Source: Octopus sinensis (Eukaryota). Taken from it: DNA of 64,000 nt. The stretch lies in the NCBI RefSeq assembly GCF_006345805.1, contig NC_043000.1:27900001-27964000 (forward strand), given 5' to 3'. Shown one piece after another: positions 1 to 13,178 of this stretch (its first letter is position 1; the number at the start of each line of letters is the position of its first letter). Below the pieces are notes generated by a model. That model was not told the origin of the DNA. It searched no databases and saw only the letters and a list, made by a program, of their open reading frames with translations. The position numbers and the translations under genes are program-made.

Positions 1-265
1 TTGGAGGGGTGAGTAGGGGGTTACCTTTGTAATAAAAGGGTTGGAAATTTTTTTTTGCTCTGGGTTTAGTTGAGAGGGGAATGTCCCACATGGGGGGGGG
101 GGCATTCAACTGAATGTTTATATCCGGCACGTTGTAGGGCACAGTTGTTGCATTCAGCATATTGATCGAATAAATCTTGATTAGCAGACAATGAGAAGGT
201 CCGGTAGGACACGCTTTCATCAATAGACTTTAGAACGGAGAGGGGTGGAGCAGGAGAATTCATAT

Positions 266-652
266 ACTCTTTACTCTTTTACTTGTTTCAGTCATTTGAC
301 TGCGGCCATGCTGGAGCACCGCCTTTAGTCGAGCAACTCGATCCCGGGACTTATTCCTTTTGTAAGCCCAGTACTTATTCTATCGGTCTCTTTTTGCCGA
401 ACCGCTAAGTGACGGGGACGTAAACACACCAGCATCGGTTGTCAAGCAATGCTAGGGAACAAACACAGACACACAAACACACACACATACATATATACAT
501 ATATACGACAGGCTTCTTTCAGTTTCCGTCTACCAAATCCACTCACAAAGCATTGGTCGGCCCGGGGCTATAGCAGAAGACACGCAGTGGAATGAACCCG
601 GAACCATGTGGTTGATTAGCAAGCTACTTACCACACAGCCACTCCTGCGCCT
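266..652 (-). mobile_element. SINE-A (tRNA-type head, internal microsatellite, LINE-like tail)
   Basis: Minus strand reads AGGCGCAGGAGTGGCTGTGTGGTAAG (A-box-like)...GGTTC (B-box region partly deleted)...GGCGGTGCTCCAGCATGGCCGCAGTCAAATGACTGAAACAAGTAAAAGAG; >12 similar copies in window. Confidence 0.9.
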
Positions 653-659
653 ATATCTA

Positions 660-1480
660 AATATTAACCTATTAAATCCCCTAATATTCAGTGGTAACTC
701 TTATTCCAAAATAATTTAACATTCAACTGGGTACACCATTCACGACCACTTACACTCATACCCCCATAGCTAAAAATATTTCTGCAGCCACTGATCTTAG
801 CCATAAAAAGGACGCAAACACTTTCTACCAGATTTCCTCCTCAACTGCAGCCACCTAGAACAGCACTGGTACCTCTAATTTTCTTTGACTCCCTTTCATT
901 TTACTTTATTATGTATTATCTTATGCTATCTTCCTTTACCTCCTCCTCTCTCCTTATCTACCCTTATATATTTATTTATTTAACTTTTTGCTTGAATTTG
1001 TATATTATACTTTTATATACATCATTCCTTGCTTTCCTCCTGCACTTTCTGTACCTCCTGCCTTCATATAAATAACTTCCTCTCTTTCTGCTTATTATTT
1101 TTTCTCTTTATCCCTTAATAGCCACCTCCGCTGCCATTTTCTTACGAAACCTCGATACGTTCGCGTTTATCTCTGGATATTCACACTATTAAGACTATAC
1201 CCATACATGATTTTCACAGGATTGCACTTAAGGACTTATGGACTAACAATCAACACTATCGGATAGTTGGACTGTGAAATTTATGCTTCTTTTTTTCATT
1301 TTGTTCATTACTTTATTCCTTTTTTCCTGTCCTCCATGTCATCGTTTCATTAATCCATACTCTTCACATTTTCCCTATTTGTTTTCGATGACGGAATTTC
1401 CCATACTTTGAGATATCCCAGAAACAGCTGTAAGGCATTGAAATTTTCCAATAATGATAACGTATATCACTTGAGATGTT
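660..1480 (+). mobile_element. Decayed Penelope-like element 3' region / pLTR
   Basis: Pyrimidine-rich tract followed by degenerate hammerhead motif at 1380-1437; no recognisable protein. Confidence 0.45.
1380..1437 (+). ncRNA. Degenerate minimal hammerhead ribozyme fold
   Basis: TGTTT-TCGATGA-[stem II]-GAAAC-AGCT-GTA-AGGCA; core deviates from CUGAUGA, palindromic ACAGCTGT. Confidence 0.5.
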
Positions 1481-1647
1481 TGTCTTGCCTTAACGTTTGT
1501 TGTCCTCTTTAACAATTATATATCTGCTATATCGGAATCTACAATGGTTTCATAGCTCCCGTTTCGGCTATGACCTTCTGCCCTAGTAATCCGTTACAGT
1601 ACTTAAACAACGTACCTAGTCGTTTAGATCACCTGTGAACTAAACTC

Positions 1648-1990
1648 CCATATTTTGTATATATATATATATATATAAACATATACACAATATATATATA
1701 TATATATATAAATACATGTATTCATACATATATACACAAATATATATATACACACATATATATATGTATATATATGAATATATATATGTGTCTATATATA
1801 TATATATATATATATAAACATATACACAAATATATATATATATAAATACATGTATACATACATATATACACACATATATATATATGTATATATATATATG
1901 TATATATATCAATATATATATGTATATATATATGAATATATATATTTATATCTACATATATATACGTGTGTGTGTGTGTGTATGTGTGTT
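1648..1990. repeat. Compound (TA)n/(CA)n microsatellite with ~135 bp higher-order duplication
   Basis: TATATAAACATATACACAA...AAATACATGTA occurs twice. Confidence 0.85.
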
Positions 1991-2626
1991 TACAAACATA
2001 TATTATATATGATGGTCGATCTCCACATATGCTTATTTGAAGGAGAGGATTTAGAGGGAAAGGAAAAGTGAGGCGTAAAAGTGACAAACTACATCCACAA
2101 TGAATTTCTCTCATGTGGTATGTCTTGTGTTACCCGTAACATTGTCCCGTCGAAATAGCCTAGAAAGTAAAGTGGCAAAAAGGCTGTCTTGATGCAAGGC
2201 TAGTAGCTCGGGTGCGCTGAAGACGGAATTTGTTCTGGCGTTGATAACGGATGAAGTCCCCAAATCATTATATATTCATATATAGGCAAGAACAGTTTCT
2301 GAAATATTAAAACGAGATTATATTAAACATTTCCTTTTCCTCTTTTTCTTTATTTGTGGCTTATAATTTCGTCTGATTCTCTTCAGTACGTTTATATCCG
2401 ACAATGTTCCCTGTCTTAATCTCAGGATTAAAACTGTTTATTGAACTCGTTAAGGTATGTGTAATTGCTCTATATCTTACTGGAAATCATTTTTACTGTA
2501 TCTTGTACACGTTTCAATGTTTTGTTGCTTCGGCCACATTTTCTCTATTTAGATTAATACATTGTCATTTGTTCACTTCGGTTCACTTTGTGTTATAATT
2601 ATGAGCTGTCCATATTAGTGAGCTAT

Positions 2627-2669
<43 letters not shown>

Positions 2670-2674
<5 letters not shown>

Positions 2675-2762
2675 CGTGACCGCCCAGGCTATCAGATGTT
2701 GCTACACATCGCTGGTCACAATGCGCTTCGCATTGTTTTAGCCTTCAAATGACGCCACCCCG
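2670..2762 (-). mobile_element. Retroelement 3' tail fragment (family C)
   Basis: Reverse complement matches 12874-12996 (GGCTAAAACAATGCGAA..CATTGTGACCAGCGATGTGT). Confidence 0.75.
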
Positions 2763-2843
2763 TATGTATGTATGTATGTATGTATGTATGTATGTATGTA
2801 TGTATGTATGTATGTATGTATGAATATATCTATATATATATAC

Positions 2844-2888
<45 letters not shown>

Positions 2889-3615
2889 TATATATATATA
2901 CATACACATATATAAACAAAACATACACACATAAATATATATAGAAACATACACACACACATACATATATATATATATAGAGAGAGAGAGGGGGGGAGAG
3001 AGAGATACAGAGAGAGAGAGAGAGACAAATTTTAAATTCTGGTCATAAACTTACCAATGATTTGGTTTCGCATCCCTTGCAGGGAGCTTATGAGATTCTA
3101 TACAAAGATAAAATTCAAATTTCTACATCACGGACGTGAGGAAACGCTAGAATTACGAGATTTAACGGCTAACACATATAAATTTTAATGACGACGAAGT
3201 ATTTTCCCTGAACGAGAGGATAAAAACCTTTACAGTCTCGTAATGGCCTTACCAGCAAACGGGGAGATCCAATTTTCCAGTTCTAGCGCTTGAAATGGAT
3301 ACATTTCGAAAAACATTTTTATCACTATTTAACGCACCATTTTGGTTCTGTTCGCGATACAGATTTTGCAACGGGCAGTCCCATTATTATATGGGCATGG
3401 ATGTTCTATTATTTTCCACCTGATATTACATGGGGTTCCTTGATTTTTGAGGTTTCAACTATATGACCAGAAATGATAACTATGGAGATAATATCGCCGG
3501 GTCATTACGTCATAACGACAACATCAGCAACAGTGTTACCAACAGCATCACCACACCCGGAACGTACTAGAGATACACCAGGACTACGAATATAGCCACC
3601 TATTAAATTTGTAAG

Positions 3616-3890
3616 TATATCGGATTGGCCAGTACATCTTTCAAGCGACGCTTCCGCAACCACCAGTCTCGCAGAAAAACGTTTTGTCACATCCTTAGCC
3701 AGCCATGTATGGCACCTCAAAGATCAAGGGATCCTATGTGATAACAGATGGAAAATAATAGAACATCCAGGGCAATATATCAATGGGAGTGGCCGTTGCG
3801 GAATATGCATCGTGGAGAAAATCAAAATTCTTAAGGACTATCCAAACCTGCCTCGTTAAATAGTCGTAAAGAAATTTCCCTAAATATGTC
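3616..3890 (+). pseudogene. GIY-YIG endonuclease remnant of PLE
   Basis: YIGLASTSFKRRFRNH...TSLASHVWHLKDQG...WKIIEHPGQYINGSGRCGICIVEKIKIL...LNSRKEI, with frameshifts. Confidence 0.85.
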
Positions 3891-4087
3891 CATTTCAAAC
3901 ACTACCCAGTGGAAAGTTGGATCTCCCCGTTTGCTGGATAGACTATTACGTGTTGTAAAGATTTTTAATCCTCACATCCAGGGAAGATAATCCGTTATCG
4001 TTAACGGTTTTATACGTTAGCCGTTAAATCTCTTTATCCTAGCGTTTCCTCACGTCCGCGAGGCAGAAAGTTAAATTTTGTCTTTGT

Positions 4088-4153
4088 ATAGAGTCTGATG
4101 AGTTGTCCACAAGGTTGTTCCTTTCGTGCATCCGAAACTAGTGGTAACTCTAT
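4088..4153 (+). ncRNA. Minimal type I hammerhead ribozyme in PLE pLTR
   Basis: ATAGAGT-CTGATGA-stem II-GAAAC-TAGTG-GTA-ACTCTAT; 7 bp helix I, intact core, GUA cleavage triplet. Confidence 0.8.
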
Positions 4154-4253
4154 GACCAGAATGTAATTTTTTCTTTTAATACTTACTGCTCTATTCTGTA
4201 AAGCGTACTTCTTTTCTGATATATGTATTATTGACACACACACACGCACACAA

Positions 4254-4328
<75 letters not shown>

Positions 4329-5120
4329 TTATATACATATATGCACTAATGTATTCCCTTCTAGTTTTGTATTATAATGCGCAGTAAAATTACATTGCTA
4401 TTGCTCATTGTTGCAAAGTAAACCGACAACAGTCTGTTACGCTTATATCAATATATTTTTAATGTTTTGTTATGCATTTTCTGAATTCTGTTGTTTCTGT
4501 GTATCCTTTTAACCAGCTATTTGTTTCTTTACACTTAACTTTCTTTTCAAAGTCCTATTCGATCAAATTTTCCTATGAAATATCAGGTAATTATTTCCAA
4601 ATAGCAGATTTGGGGGAAACATTTCCTCTGATATGTTATAATCTTACTACTGAAAATAGGTGTTTTTACGAATTTTAATATTGTTTCACCATTTATGCCT
4701 CAATTTTGTACCTTTTAAACGCCATACCGTACACATGTCTTCTCCTAACATTTTGACATTTGTAGCGCTGTTACCTGACTTCATGGCCTTTATTTAACTA
4801 TTTTCATTAATAGGTGTATGTCTTGTTTTCTGTTAATTTTACATTTTTGGCGATTCATACATGTGCTTAAGTACACTAATTCTATTCTTATCAAAGTGAA
4901 CGCACATATGAACTTGTTTGACTGAGTTATAGTAGTTTGTTTTAAAATACCAGGATACCAGAATTTGTTAATTTCTTTCTACCATTTTACAATCTCTCTT
5001 AAACTCAATTGGATGTTGAGAATTAATCGTCTAAAAGAACGTTTAACATAGAAGGCATTAACTGTTGAAGGTGACTTCATAAACTGTTGATACATGTGAT
5101 GTCACCCTCGGTTCATCAGG

Positions 5121-5220
5121 CATGGAATGACATCGAAATTTGATCTCAGAACGTAAAGACAGACGAAAAACTGCCAAACGTTTCGCCCGGCGTGCTAACG
5201 TTTCTGCCAGCTCGCCGCCT
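5121..5220 (-). mobile_element. SINE-D head fragment
   Basis: rc GGCGGCGAGCTGGCAGAAACGTTAGCACGCCGGGCGAAAC. Confidence 0.8.
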
Positions 5221-6050
5221 AGTTTATTTGATTTAAGATTACTGCCGTTGCATTATATTACCATCACAGTTATCGATATCTATAATCGTCACTTCACCCT
5301 TCTACGTCTTCAGTAGATGTATTACAACATTTCGATCTTTAGCTTGCTCAACCGGACGAAAGCCTTCTGTCGGAATGCATGTTTTGGTATTATTCCTGCG
5401 TTGAAATATTTTTGTCTGGGGATCAGTTATACATTGGTCAGTGAAGAGTTTAACTGTGTATATTTATTCCCGGGTTCAATGCATTAACCATTTGTATAGA
5501 TTAGAAGCTTTACAATGACCTTAAAATAGATTTCTTTCATTTGGTGCTTTACCCTTAGGTTGCATAATGTCACTACCTTTCTCTTGGTTCTGCCATTTCT
5601 TGAAACGACAAGCATCTAAGCCCAATTCTCTGCGACAGTGATTGTGATAGTATGATTTTCTAAGGAATATCTCGAATAAAATACATAACATGTTTATTTT
5701 GAGAAATCTGTGTGCCTATTCGTATTGAATTGTTCATATATAATAGTATTATTTCACTACACATCATTTTCATTGTCTGATTTTACTGCTCAAGGATTTC
5801 AACGTTAATGATCATTTCACAGTTCCCTCTAACAACCTACACTCGTGTTTATATGATAACATGGTTCATTAACCTTGAAAAATCTAGCATCATAAACTCG
5901 CAAGCTAGATTTCATGCATAAAACCTGAACATCTTGCGGTACGTTGAAAACAGCCTTCATCAGGAATGTTACAGCTTAAACTTTGTTAACATAACACAAA
6001 CATATGCACGCAAACATACACAATGATATAAATTCAAACACACACACACG

Positions 6051-6142
<92 letters not shown>

Positions 6143-6189
6143 TGGTTGAATATAAGTAGGAAATATCATTTTGCTCCATCCATGAACAG

Positions 6190-9100
6190 CAATAAACATC
6201 AAATGAAATCAGTAAATACGCTAGGGAATGAATTTAGCCGTATATGTCAGATGGGCATACAACATTTCTGCTCCCACAAAAATCGATGAAACGAAGAAGA
6301 TATGAAAACGTTAAACAATACAATTCTCATTGCAGGTAACATGGTGAAACAATATATTTTTATTTCGGTAAAATATTTATTTTAAATATAAAAAAATTTG
6401 GGAGAATTTGTAGGGCTATTGGGAAGTGTTTCAAATTTATTAGATATTAAAACCTGGTCTTTATTTGCAGAGATATAGAAATGGAAACAAATAAATTTTT
6501 ATCCTATCACACATTCACTACATAATACAAAGAAAACGTAAAAGGAATGCCTTCCTCGACATCTGCAAATGATTACAAAATAGAAAAAAATATCTGATTC
6601 CATTATTGCAAGAAGAAAAGAGAAAACTGCAATTACAATGATAATTTTGAAAAGACAATGTTCTGGAAGAAAATAACCATTCTCATGGGCGAAATATTAG
6701 AACAGGGAAAAAAGTTGTAAAGATTTATTTCTTAAGACAAATCTAACCCCTAAACAAACAATCAATATACACAATCAACTATGAGCCAATGCTGCAGAAA
6801 ATCGAAAAATCCAAACAAATTACATGCAAATCCTTCATAAGAAACAAATTCAAAGATGGATCTTAGAAGGAATTGCAAGTTTTATATAAAAGTATATTTC
6901 ACACAACGATCTTGAAGATGAGTGAAATGAAAACAAAAACAGTTGTTAATAATTTCATCGAAAAAAGTTCTTGCATTTTTCTTTAAGTTTTTGTTCCGTT
7001 TTCAATAAAAATTGCTGTTTAAGCCATCTTAGAAGAATTATCCGAAAACCAGCTAAACTCTTAGATCGTGTAAGTCCTTTAGCATCTTCGTTAATAATAA
7101 TGATTTATTGTATTCAATAATAATCTCTTTCTTGCGTTATTCCTATTAATGGAGTTCGCTTTTATAGAGATAGAAGGAAAAGTTGAGAATGAAAGTGAAA
7201 GTAAAAAACAAGAGGAGTCCAGGCATTTATGTCTGAATGGTGAAATCCATGATTCCGTGTATTGCGTTGTATCATAAATTGTTCCGGTTAGTATTACTGT
7301 GAATGGTGTGTACTCCAGTTGGTATGTCACTTCACCTGTTGCACAGTTTCTGCATTATAAAAAGAGAAACAATATACAAGAAATATTGCCGAATATAAGG
7401 GAAGGTGTGAACTAACATAATGAATAACTAAAAACACTTTTCGAAAAATCAATGCTGGAATAGGTAATGGCATTACCGTTGTTAATAAATTTCAAGTATA
7501 TCAGATATTAGATATTTGTGAGAAAAATTGTTTGAATATATCAACATTTAAATTGTTTTAATATATCAATATTTATATCAATATATAAGAAAAAGTGTTT
7601 GCATCTAATAATATCAGTATACAGACAATCTAAACATATTCAGAAACATAACAGAAAATATTCTACGCGATGCAAACGAAATCTACAACGATAGAACATG
7701 GGTTATTCAATAAAGAAGCATAATTAGCAACACCATTAATGTATCAGATATTTATACACGTTACTATGGCTGCAAGAAAAATGAAAGTATAAATGTGTTT
7801 ATAGAAAAATTAAAATATAGAAATATCATAGAAATATTATATTACTAATGTAACAAAATAAGATAAGAATATACAACGATAGAGATTTTTCTGTATAATA
7901 AATTATGCTTTTTTATGTAACAATATTTGAAAATAAATATCTAACATAAATTTTTTCACTAGAAATACTTCCTTCGAAAAAATATTCTAATCTTCCATTT
8001 CTAAATATCAGTGATTAATATTGGGATTCGTTTGAATCTTTTCTAGCGAAGACATAGCGAATTTTATAGATTTCTTACTACTGTGCAACCTTTTGGGAAT
8101 GAGAAATGTAACAGAACCATTTATTTTATATTTCTGACCTAAGAATCCTAGAATATGATTTATCAAATATGTACAGCAAAAATAACCACAGTTTATTTTC
8201 AGAGAAAAGAAATTTCAAGGAGCAATTAAAAATTGAATGCAGTTATTTCCATCAAAATACATATAAAGGTTTATAAATGTTGAACACAATTATTAGAAAG
8301 AACTCGAATTACACCAGAAAATATTAAGATCTAGCAGAAGATAGATAATAAGTTTAGTGATAATGCAATGAGCAGTGAACTAGCAGAATTGTTAACGCGT
8401 CGGACAAAATGATTTGTGGTATTTCCGACAGTTCTTTACTTTCTGAGTTGGTATTCTACCGACTTTGATTTAGGTTGTCGTACACTCGCGATTGATAAAA
8501 TAAGCAGCAGTTGTGCAATGGGACCGAGGTAGTCAACATTGCGACTACCTTAAAGTTGCTGTCCTTGTGCCAAAATTCAAAGACATTTATATTAAAAAGG
8601 CAAATAATTACAATTCTTTTTAAATTAGCACTTCCGAATTCCGAATTAGCAGTAGGAAGTAACTAGGACTATTGAGAAATTTACACCTAAAAGTGATAAC
8701 ATTTTTAATTATTATACAAAACTTATCTGAACTTACATGAAAAATATTCAGTTAAACTTGTATCAAAGTAGACAAAGGTAAGTTTAGTACTGTGAGAAGC
8801 CAAACCAGGCAGCATGGAGGTAAAAGTATTTCCCGTAATTGTGTTCCTCATTTTTATTGAAGGGTTTCAAATATGTTTACACTTTTAAAATATAAATATA
8901 TTTCATATTAACATCTTAAACATTACACTCTGAAAATACAAGTTTCATTATATTTTGCCAAAAGAATATTACATTATTTATTAGATATTTTATAGCGAAT
9001 TTTACCATAATCGTCTCCAGATCGCGAAAAATAAATTATAATTTTAGAATCGGCATATTTGTTGAAATATCGAAATTATATGGGTATGAAAGCATAAAAT

Positions 9101-9300
9101 CCACTTTCACAACTCTAACATAGGTTGTTTCCATCGATTATTCCGAAGCCGCAAACGAAAACTACAAGTCTTTCTTTTTAAACAACACCTAATTGAAAAT
9201 ATAGGTAATTATCAAGCTTAACGTTCTCAAATTCCTATATGGAAACAAGAGTTACCGTTACAAATAGTAAGATTTTATATTGTCATTCTCGAGCTATATG
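6190..9300 (+). pseudogene. Decayed AT-rich coding-like segment, product unknown
   Basis: N/I/K-rich frames with sparse stops; GT-AG intron-like 6336-6470 joins frames; interrupted by degenerate SINE-D at ~8372-8590. Confidence 0.3.
8372..8590 (+). mobile_element. Degenerate SINE-D
   Basis: GAACTAGCAGAATTGTTAACGCGTCGG...TTCTGAGTT...TTGTGCCAAAATTC. Confidence 0.6.
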
Positions 9301-9317
9301 AAAAACCTTACAACTAA

Positions 9318-12300
9318 CTAGCAGGAGTACCCGGGATTGCTCGGCTATTAAATACTCGGCAATGGTCTTAATAGGTTCTTCCCTTTTTTCTTGTTGTACA
9401 TCTCTTTGAATAAATTTTGCGTTAAGTTGCAAACATTGACATTGAACAATAAGTGATTTTTCTCATAGACCATAAATAATGTAGTATCAACATGATGAAA
9501 AGCCCCGGAGAAGCCACATGAGTATCTTGGAAGGTGCAGCAACTGAATGCAAAGTAACCTTGAAAAGGGCCGTGTTATTCTCACAGTAGCCCTGAAACGG
9601 ATTGTTAACCGTTCTCATATATAAACGTCATATTTCCTTCACATGAAAAGTTGTGGGTGCAGAGATGCGAAAAAGTTAAACCATCTGCAAGGAGATTGAG
9701 AAGATGCAGCAGGTAAGATTTTTAAAAAAAGACTTAAGAAAAACAGGTAATTTTGAAAGAATGGCAACAATAGTACTCACTCACCATAAACCTGTTCGGC
9801 AGGGAAGCTGCGGTATATTGGACGGCTGCAGCACCTCGCAGTAGATGACATTTTTCGTTTTGACTTTCGGGGCGAACATGAAAAGGATTTTTTTGCATAC
9901 GATTCTTGATCGTCCGACATATAGTTGGCCGTGCGAGAAGTATGGTTGGCTTAAATGGAGGCCTGTTGTTAGTGTTTGGCCTCGGGACTTGTTGATGGAC
10001 ATGGCAAAGCAAAGTCGAAGAGGAAACTGAAGTAGACACAATGGACAGAGCATTGCTTATCAGATGAAGTAAGAAGCATCCTGGGTATAAAAAATGATGC
10101 CGCAACATATAAGAATTGTTTCTTCAATAACATGAGGCAGCACCTTTTTTTTATCACTAACTGCATTCCGCTGCACAGACGTGGTGGATCCAGATTCCTC
10201 AGCAGTATGACCGGAGCTCCAATTTTGAGGTGCAGTTGATGAGGCGGTAGACCGGAGGAGTCCGAGGAATTGAGGAATTCTGTGGGAAAATTAACGGCCT
10301 ATTCTTGGTCTCCACAACAGTGTGCACAGACTTCTAGGTGTGAAAGTTTCCAGGAAGGCTTCGCAGTAGGTTTTCATTGAGTTTCGCAACAAATCTGTTT
10401 TGGGAGCTAATATGACTCTTTCGCACAGCCAATTCAGATTTTGGCAGTTTATGTGCAGATCGGGAAAAAAACAGTCGTATGGTGTGCTTACATGTGAGAC
10501 ATCCTTTTCTCTAGCTGTATCGGAGGAAGCTGTAACATCACTCACCAACGGTGATAAGTTTCTAGGAGAAGTCACTCGATAAGTTGTCGCTGAAAGGCTG
10601 GGCCCTCATGTTTGTTGTAAGAGTCAAAATTATCACATCCTACCACAGGAAAGATAACTTAATGCAAGCCATTACAGCGTCGGCTCTGCTGCCTTTTGGA
10701 ATTATGGGTAAGATTTGTCTGAAATCACCAGAGAGAAGGAGAGAAACGCCTCCCATTGGGCGAATGCAACCCCTGATGTCTTTCAGGGTCCTGTTCAGTG
10801 CTTCAGGCGATCTTTTATGTGCCACGGTGCATTCGTCCAAACAATGAGCTGGCACCTTCGCAGCATTTCTGCTTAGTCTGAGTCTTTTGTAACATTGCAA
10901 GAGGCTGAGTCGGACGCAGAAGCATTGATCGGGAGTTTGAAGGTCGAATGAGCCGTCCTACCCCGGGCAGTAGAGTCGTGAGAATTACGGAAGAAGTTAC
11001 GGCTAAAGCGATCCCCTTTTGCTGGCGTACTTTTACAAGGAGGAGTTTAGTCACGAATGTTTTACCTGTTCTTTCTGGGGCATCTAAAAAGAAAATACCT
11101 CCTTTGTGTTCCCGAATGGAAGTGTAGACAGCGCTGTATGCGTGCAGCTGGTCCTGAAGCAACTTCGGTTCATTTTCGTCGACGTATTGTTGAAGAGCAT
11201 CGACGTCGTTGGCTGTTTCCTGAATAACGCATGTTGGTAGTGTGTGCGAGCCCATTCTGCTGTCTTTTGGTAGACCATAAAATGGAAGGTCGCTACCGCC
11301 GGCAGAGAGTAGGCTGTTCTCAATGTCGATGTTGAAAAATTCATCGTTGAAACCGACGTGCAGGTGAGGCAACAGACGTTGTCCTTGGTGGTGGTAGTCC
11401 TCTGATAGGTCTTCCTTGAAAGGTCTTCCTAAAAGATCTTCGAAGACTCCTCGCCGAGCGTATTGTAGCTGCTTCTGCCATTGCTGCGTCCCACTGAGCG
11501 CCGTCCTCTAGCAGGCCGCGTTTAAGGCAGGCTTCGCGGTATGTAGTAAAAACTTCACAGTTGAAAGATGTCGGTCCTGTGACCTCATGCAGTAGTAGGT
11601 GAAGGTAAAAAGATTTTAAGTTTGGCTGTCCCTCGACAGGTTGTCCTTGTTTCCTTGATTCCCAAATGCGCGTTTCCTTTTTCCAAATGTAATATGATGG
11701 AACCTGGGGATACAGGAGGGTCTTGGCGAATGGGTCATTGGTGCATAGTTTGAAGAAGCGGTGATCGCGGTGTCCTTGGGTTCTTGTGCCAGCTGAGCAG
11801 CATTAGAGCTGGAGAAGTAGACACTCTGACCGCTCTCAAGATGCAAGACCTGAAAAAAAAATCGATTTTTTCATAGTTTTCCGTGGTGTTTTGTCGTACA
11901 GAGAGGCCTTTGAACATAGAACAGATACATGATAGAAGCGCTGTGACATGGTGGTTTTTTTAGCCGTAACAACCAGGTAAATCGGACTTTCCAGTAAAAG
12001 GTTTTCTACCGTGTAACTTTGTAAAAATGCGAAAAATCGAATTTTTCCACGTTTTTCAGAATTTTCTTGGGAATCAGATGCCCCAAGGCAGGGCCAAACT
12101 ATTTATCTGAAATTTCGCTACATGACAATATATTTGACACCAAAATTATAAAAACCAGACGTTCCTGTAAAAACTTTTCTCGCGTGCAACAATTGCCTTT
12201 TTTTGCAAAAAGTCGGGGGTTCCTTCAGTTTTATCAAGTTTTCTCCTAGAAGCGGGTATCATTAGGCATCGATAATGCGGCAGTGACCTTCCTAGGTAAA

Positions 12301-12408
12301 TTTGCAATTTAATAAAAAAAAATTCAACAATATCGGATGAAGGATGTGGAAACAGATAAAAAGCATACACACACACACAGACATTTTGAGTTTTATAGAT
12401 ATAGAAGA
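9318..12408 (-). mobile_element. Helitron, decayed, both termini present
   Basis: Minus strand A|TCTTCTATATCTATAAAA 5' end at 12408; GC-rich subterminal hairpin remnant and CTAG|T 3' end at 9318; internal RepHel helicase fragments. Confidence 0.92.
9800..11850 (-). pseudogene. Helitron RepHel C-terminal part (Pif1-like SF1B helicase), frameshifted
   Basis: HLESGQSVYF; FYLHLLLHEVTGPTSF; FFLDAPERTGKTF; EALNRTLKD...GGVSLLLSGDFRQILP; ERVILAPK; GLPPHQLHLKIGAPVILLRNLDPPRLC; QFPLRLCFAMSINKSRGQT...FSHGQLYV. Confidence 0.92.
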
Positions 12409-12873
12409 TGAACAAAATACTTACCATTCTCTGAGTAAAAATATTATTGAAGCTATACAAGTATTAAATTAAACATATTAGCAAGCAAGTGAAAGTAGTA
12501 GAACAGTATCACAAATTTCAATTTCTTTTAAAATATTTCATATAATCCTTGTATTTATTAATTTTCCTATGGTAGGTATCCCGAGGAAAGTAACTTCTAC
12601 AGATGCACGCTATATTATTTATCTGAATATATTTATATATTTTTACATTATGTATGTACTTTAAAGTCTCTTACGAAGGAATGAATCAGAACATTGTATT
12701 TCACAGAAGATTATTGAATTTAGTAAATTTCAATAGGCTTACCCTTTCAAAAACTTCTTCTACCTAGAAACGCTTAATTCCAAATTATGTTTCCAAGTAC
12801 ACTAAGTAATACCTCGGTTTTCGAACAGCTGGCTGTGATCGCGAATAAACCGTGCTTCAGATATATATATACA

Positions 12874-12996
12874 GATATTGGCCTGCTCGCTTAGCCAGCG
12901 GGGTGGCGTCATTCAAAGGCTAAAACAATGCGAATGCATTGTGACCAGCGATGTGTAACAGCATCTGATGGTCTGGTCGGTCATGTGATGGTGATA
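12874..12996 (+). mobile_element. Retroelement 3' tail fragment (family C)
   Basis: Matches rc of 2670-2762; followed by long (TA)n. Confidence 0.75.
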
Positions 12997-13021
12997 TATA
13001 CAGATCTGGATATAGATATAG

Positions 13022-13176
<155 letters not shown>

Positions 13177-13178
13177 TA

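Larger units (their letters stand above)
3032..4168. mobile_element. Penelope-like element, head-to-head inverted pair of 3' ends
   Basis: 3032-3490 (minus) aligns to ~3690-4168 (plus); both encode GIY-YIG C-terminus (WKIIEHP...NG..RC.IC) and carry a hammerhead fold. Confidence 0.85.

Noticed and set aside
2147-2226. Permuted (type II-like) hammerhead: GAAA, helix III, GUC, CUGAAGA
   Set aside because: Helix I does not pair next to the cleavage site and stem II register is off by two bases
12425-12430. Possible 6 nt microexon on minus strand (tttttactcag|AGAATG|gtaagt)
   Set aside because: Several such matches are expected by chance in 64 kb of AT-rich DNA; no host gene identified
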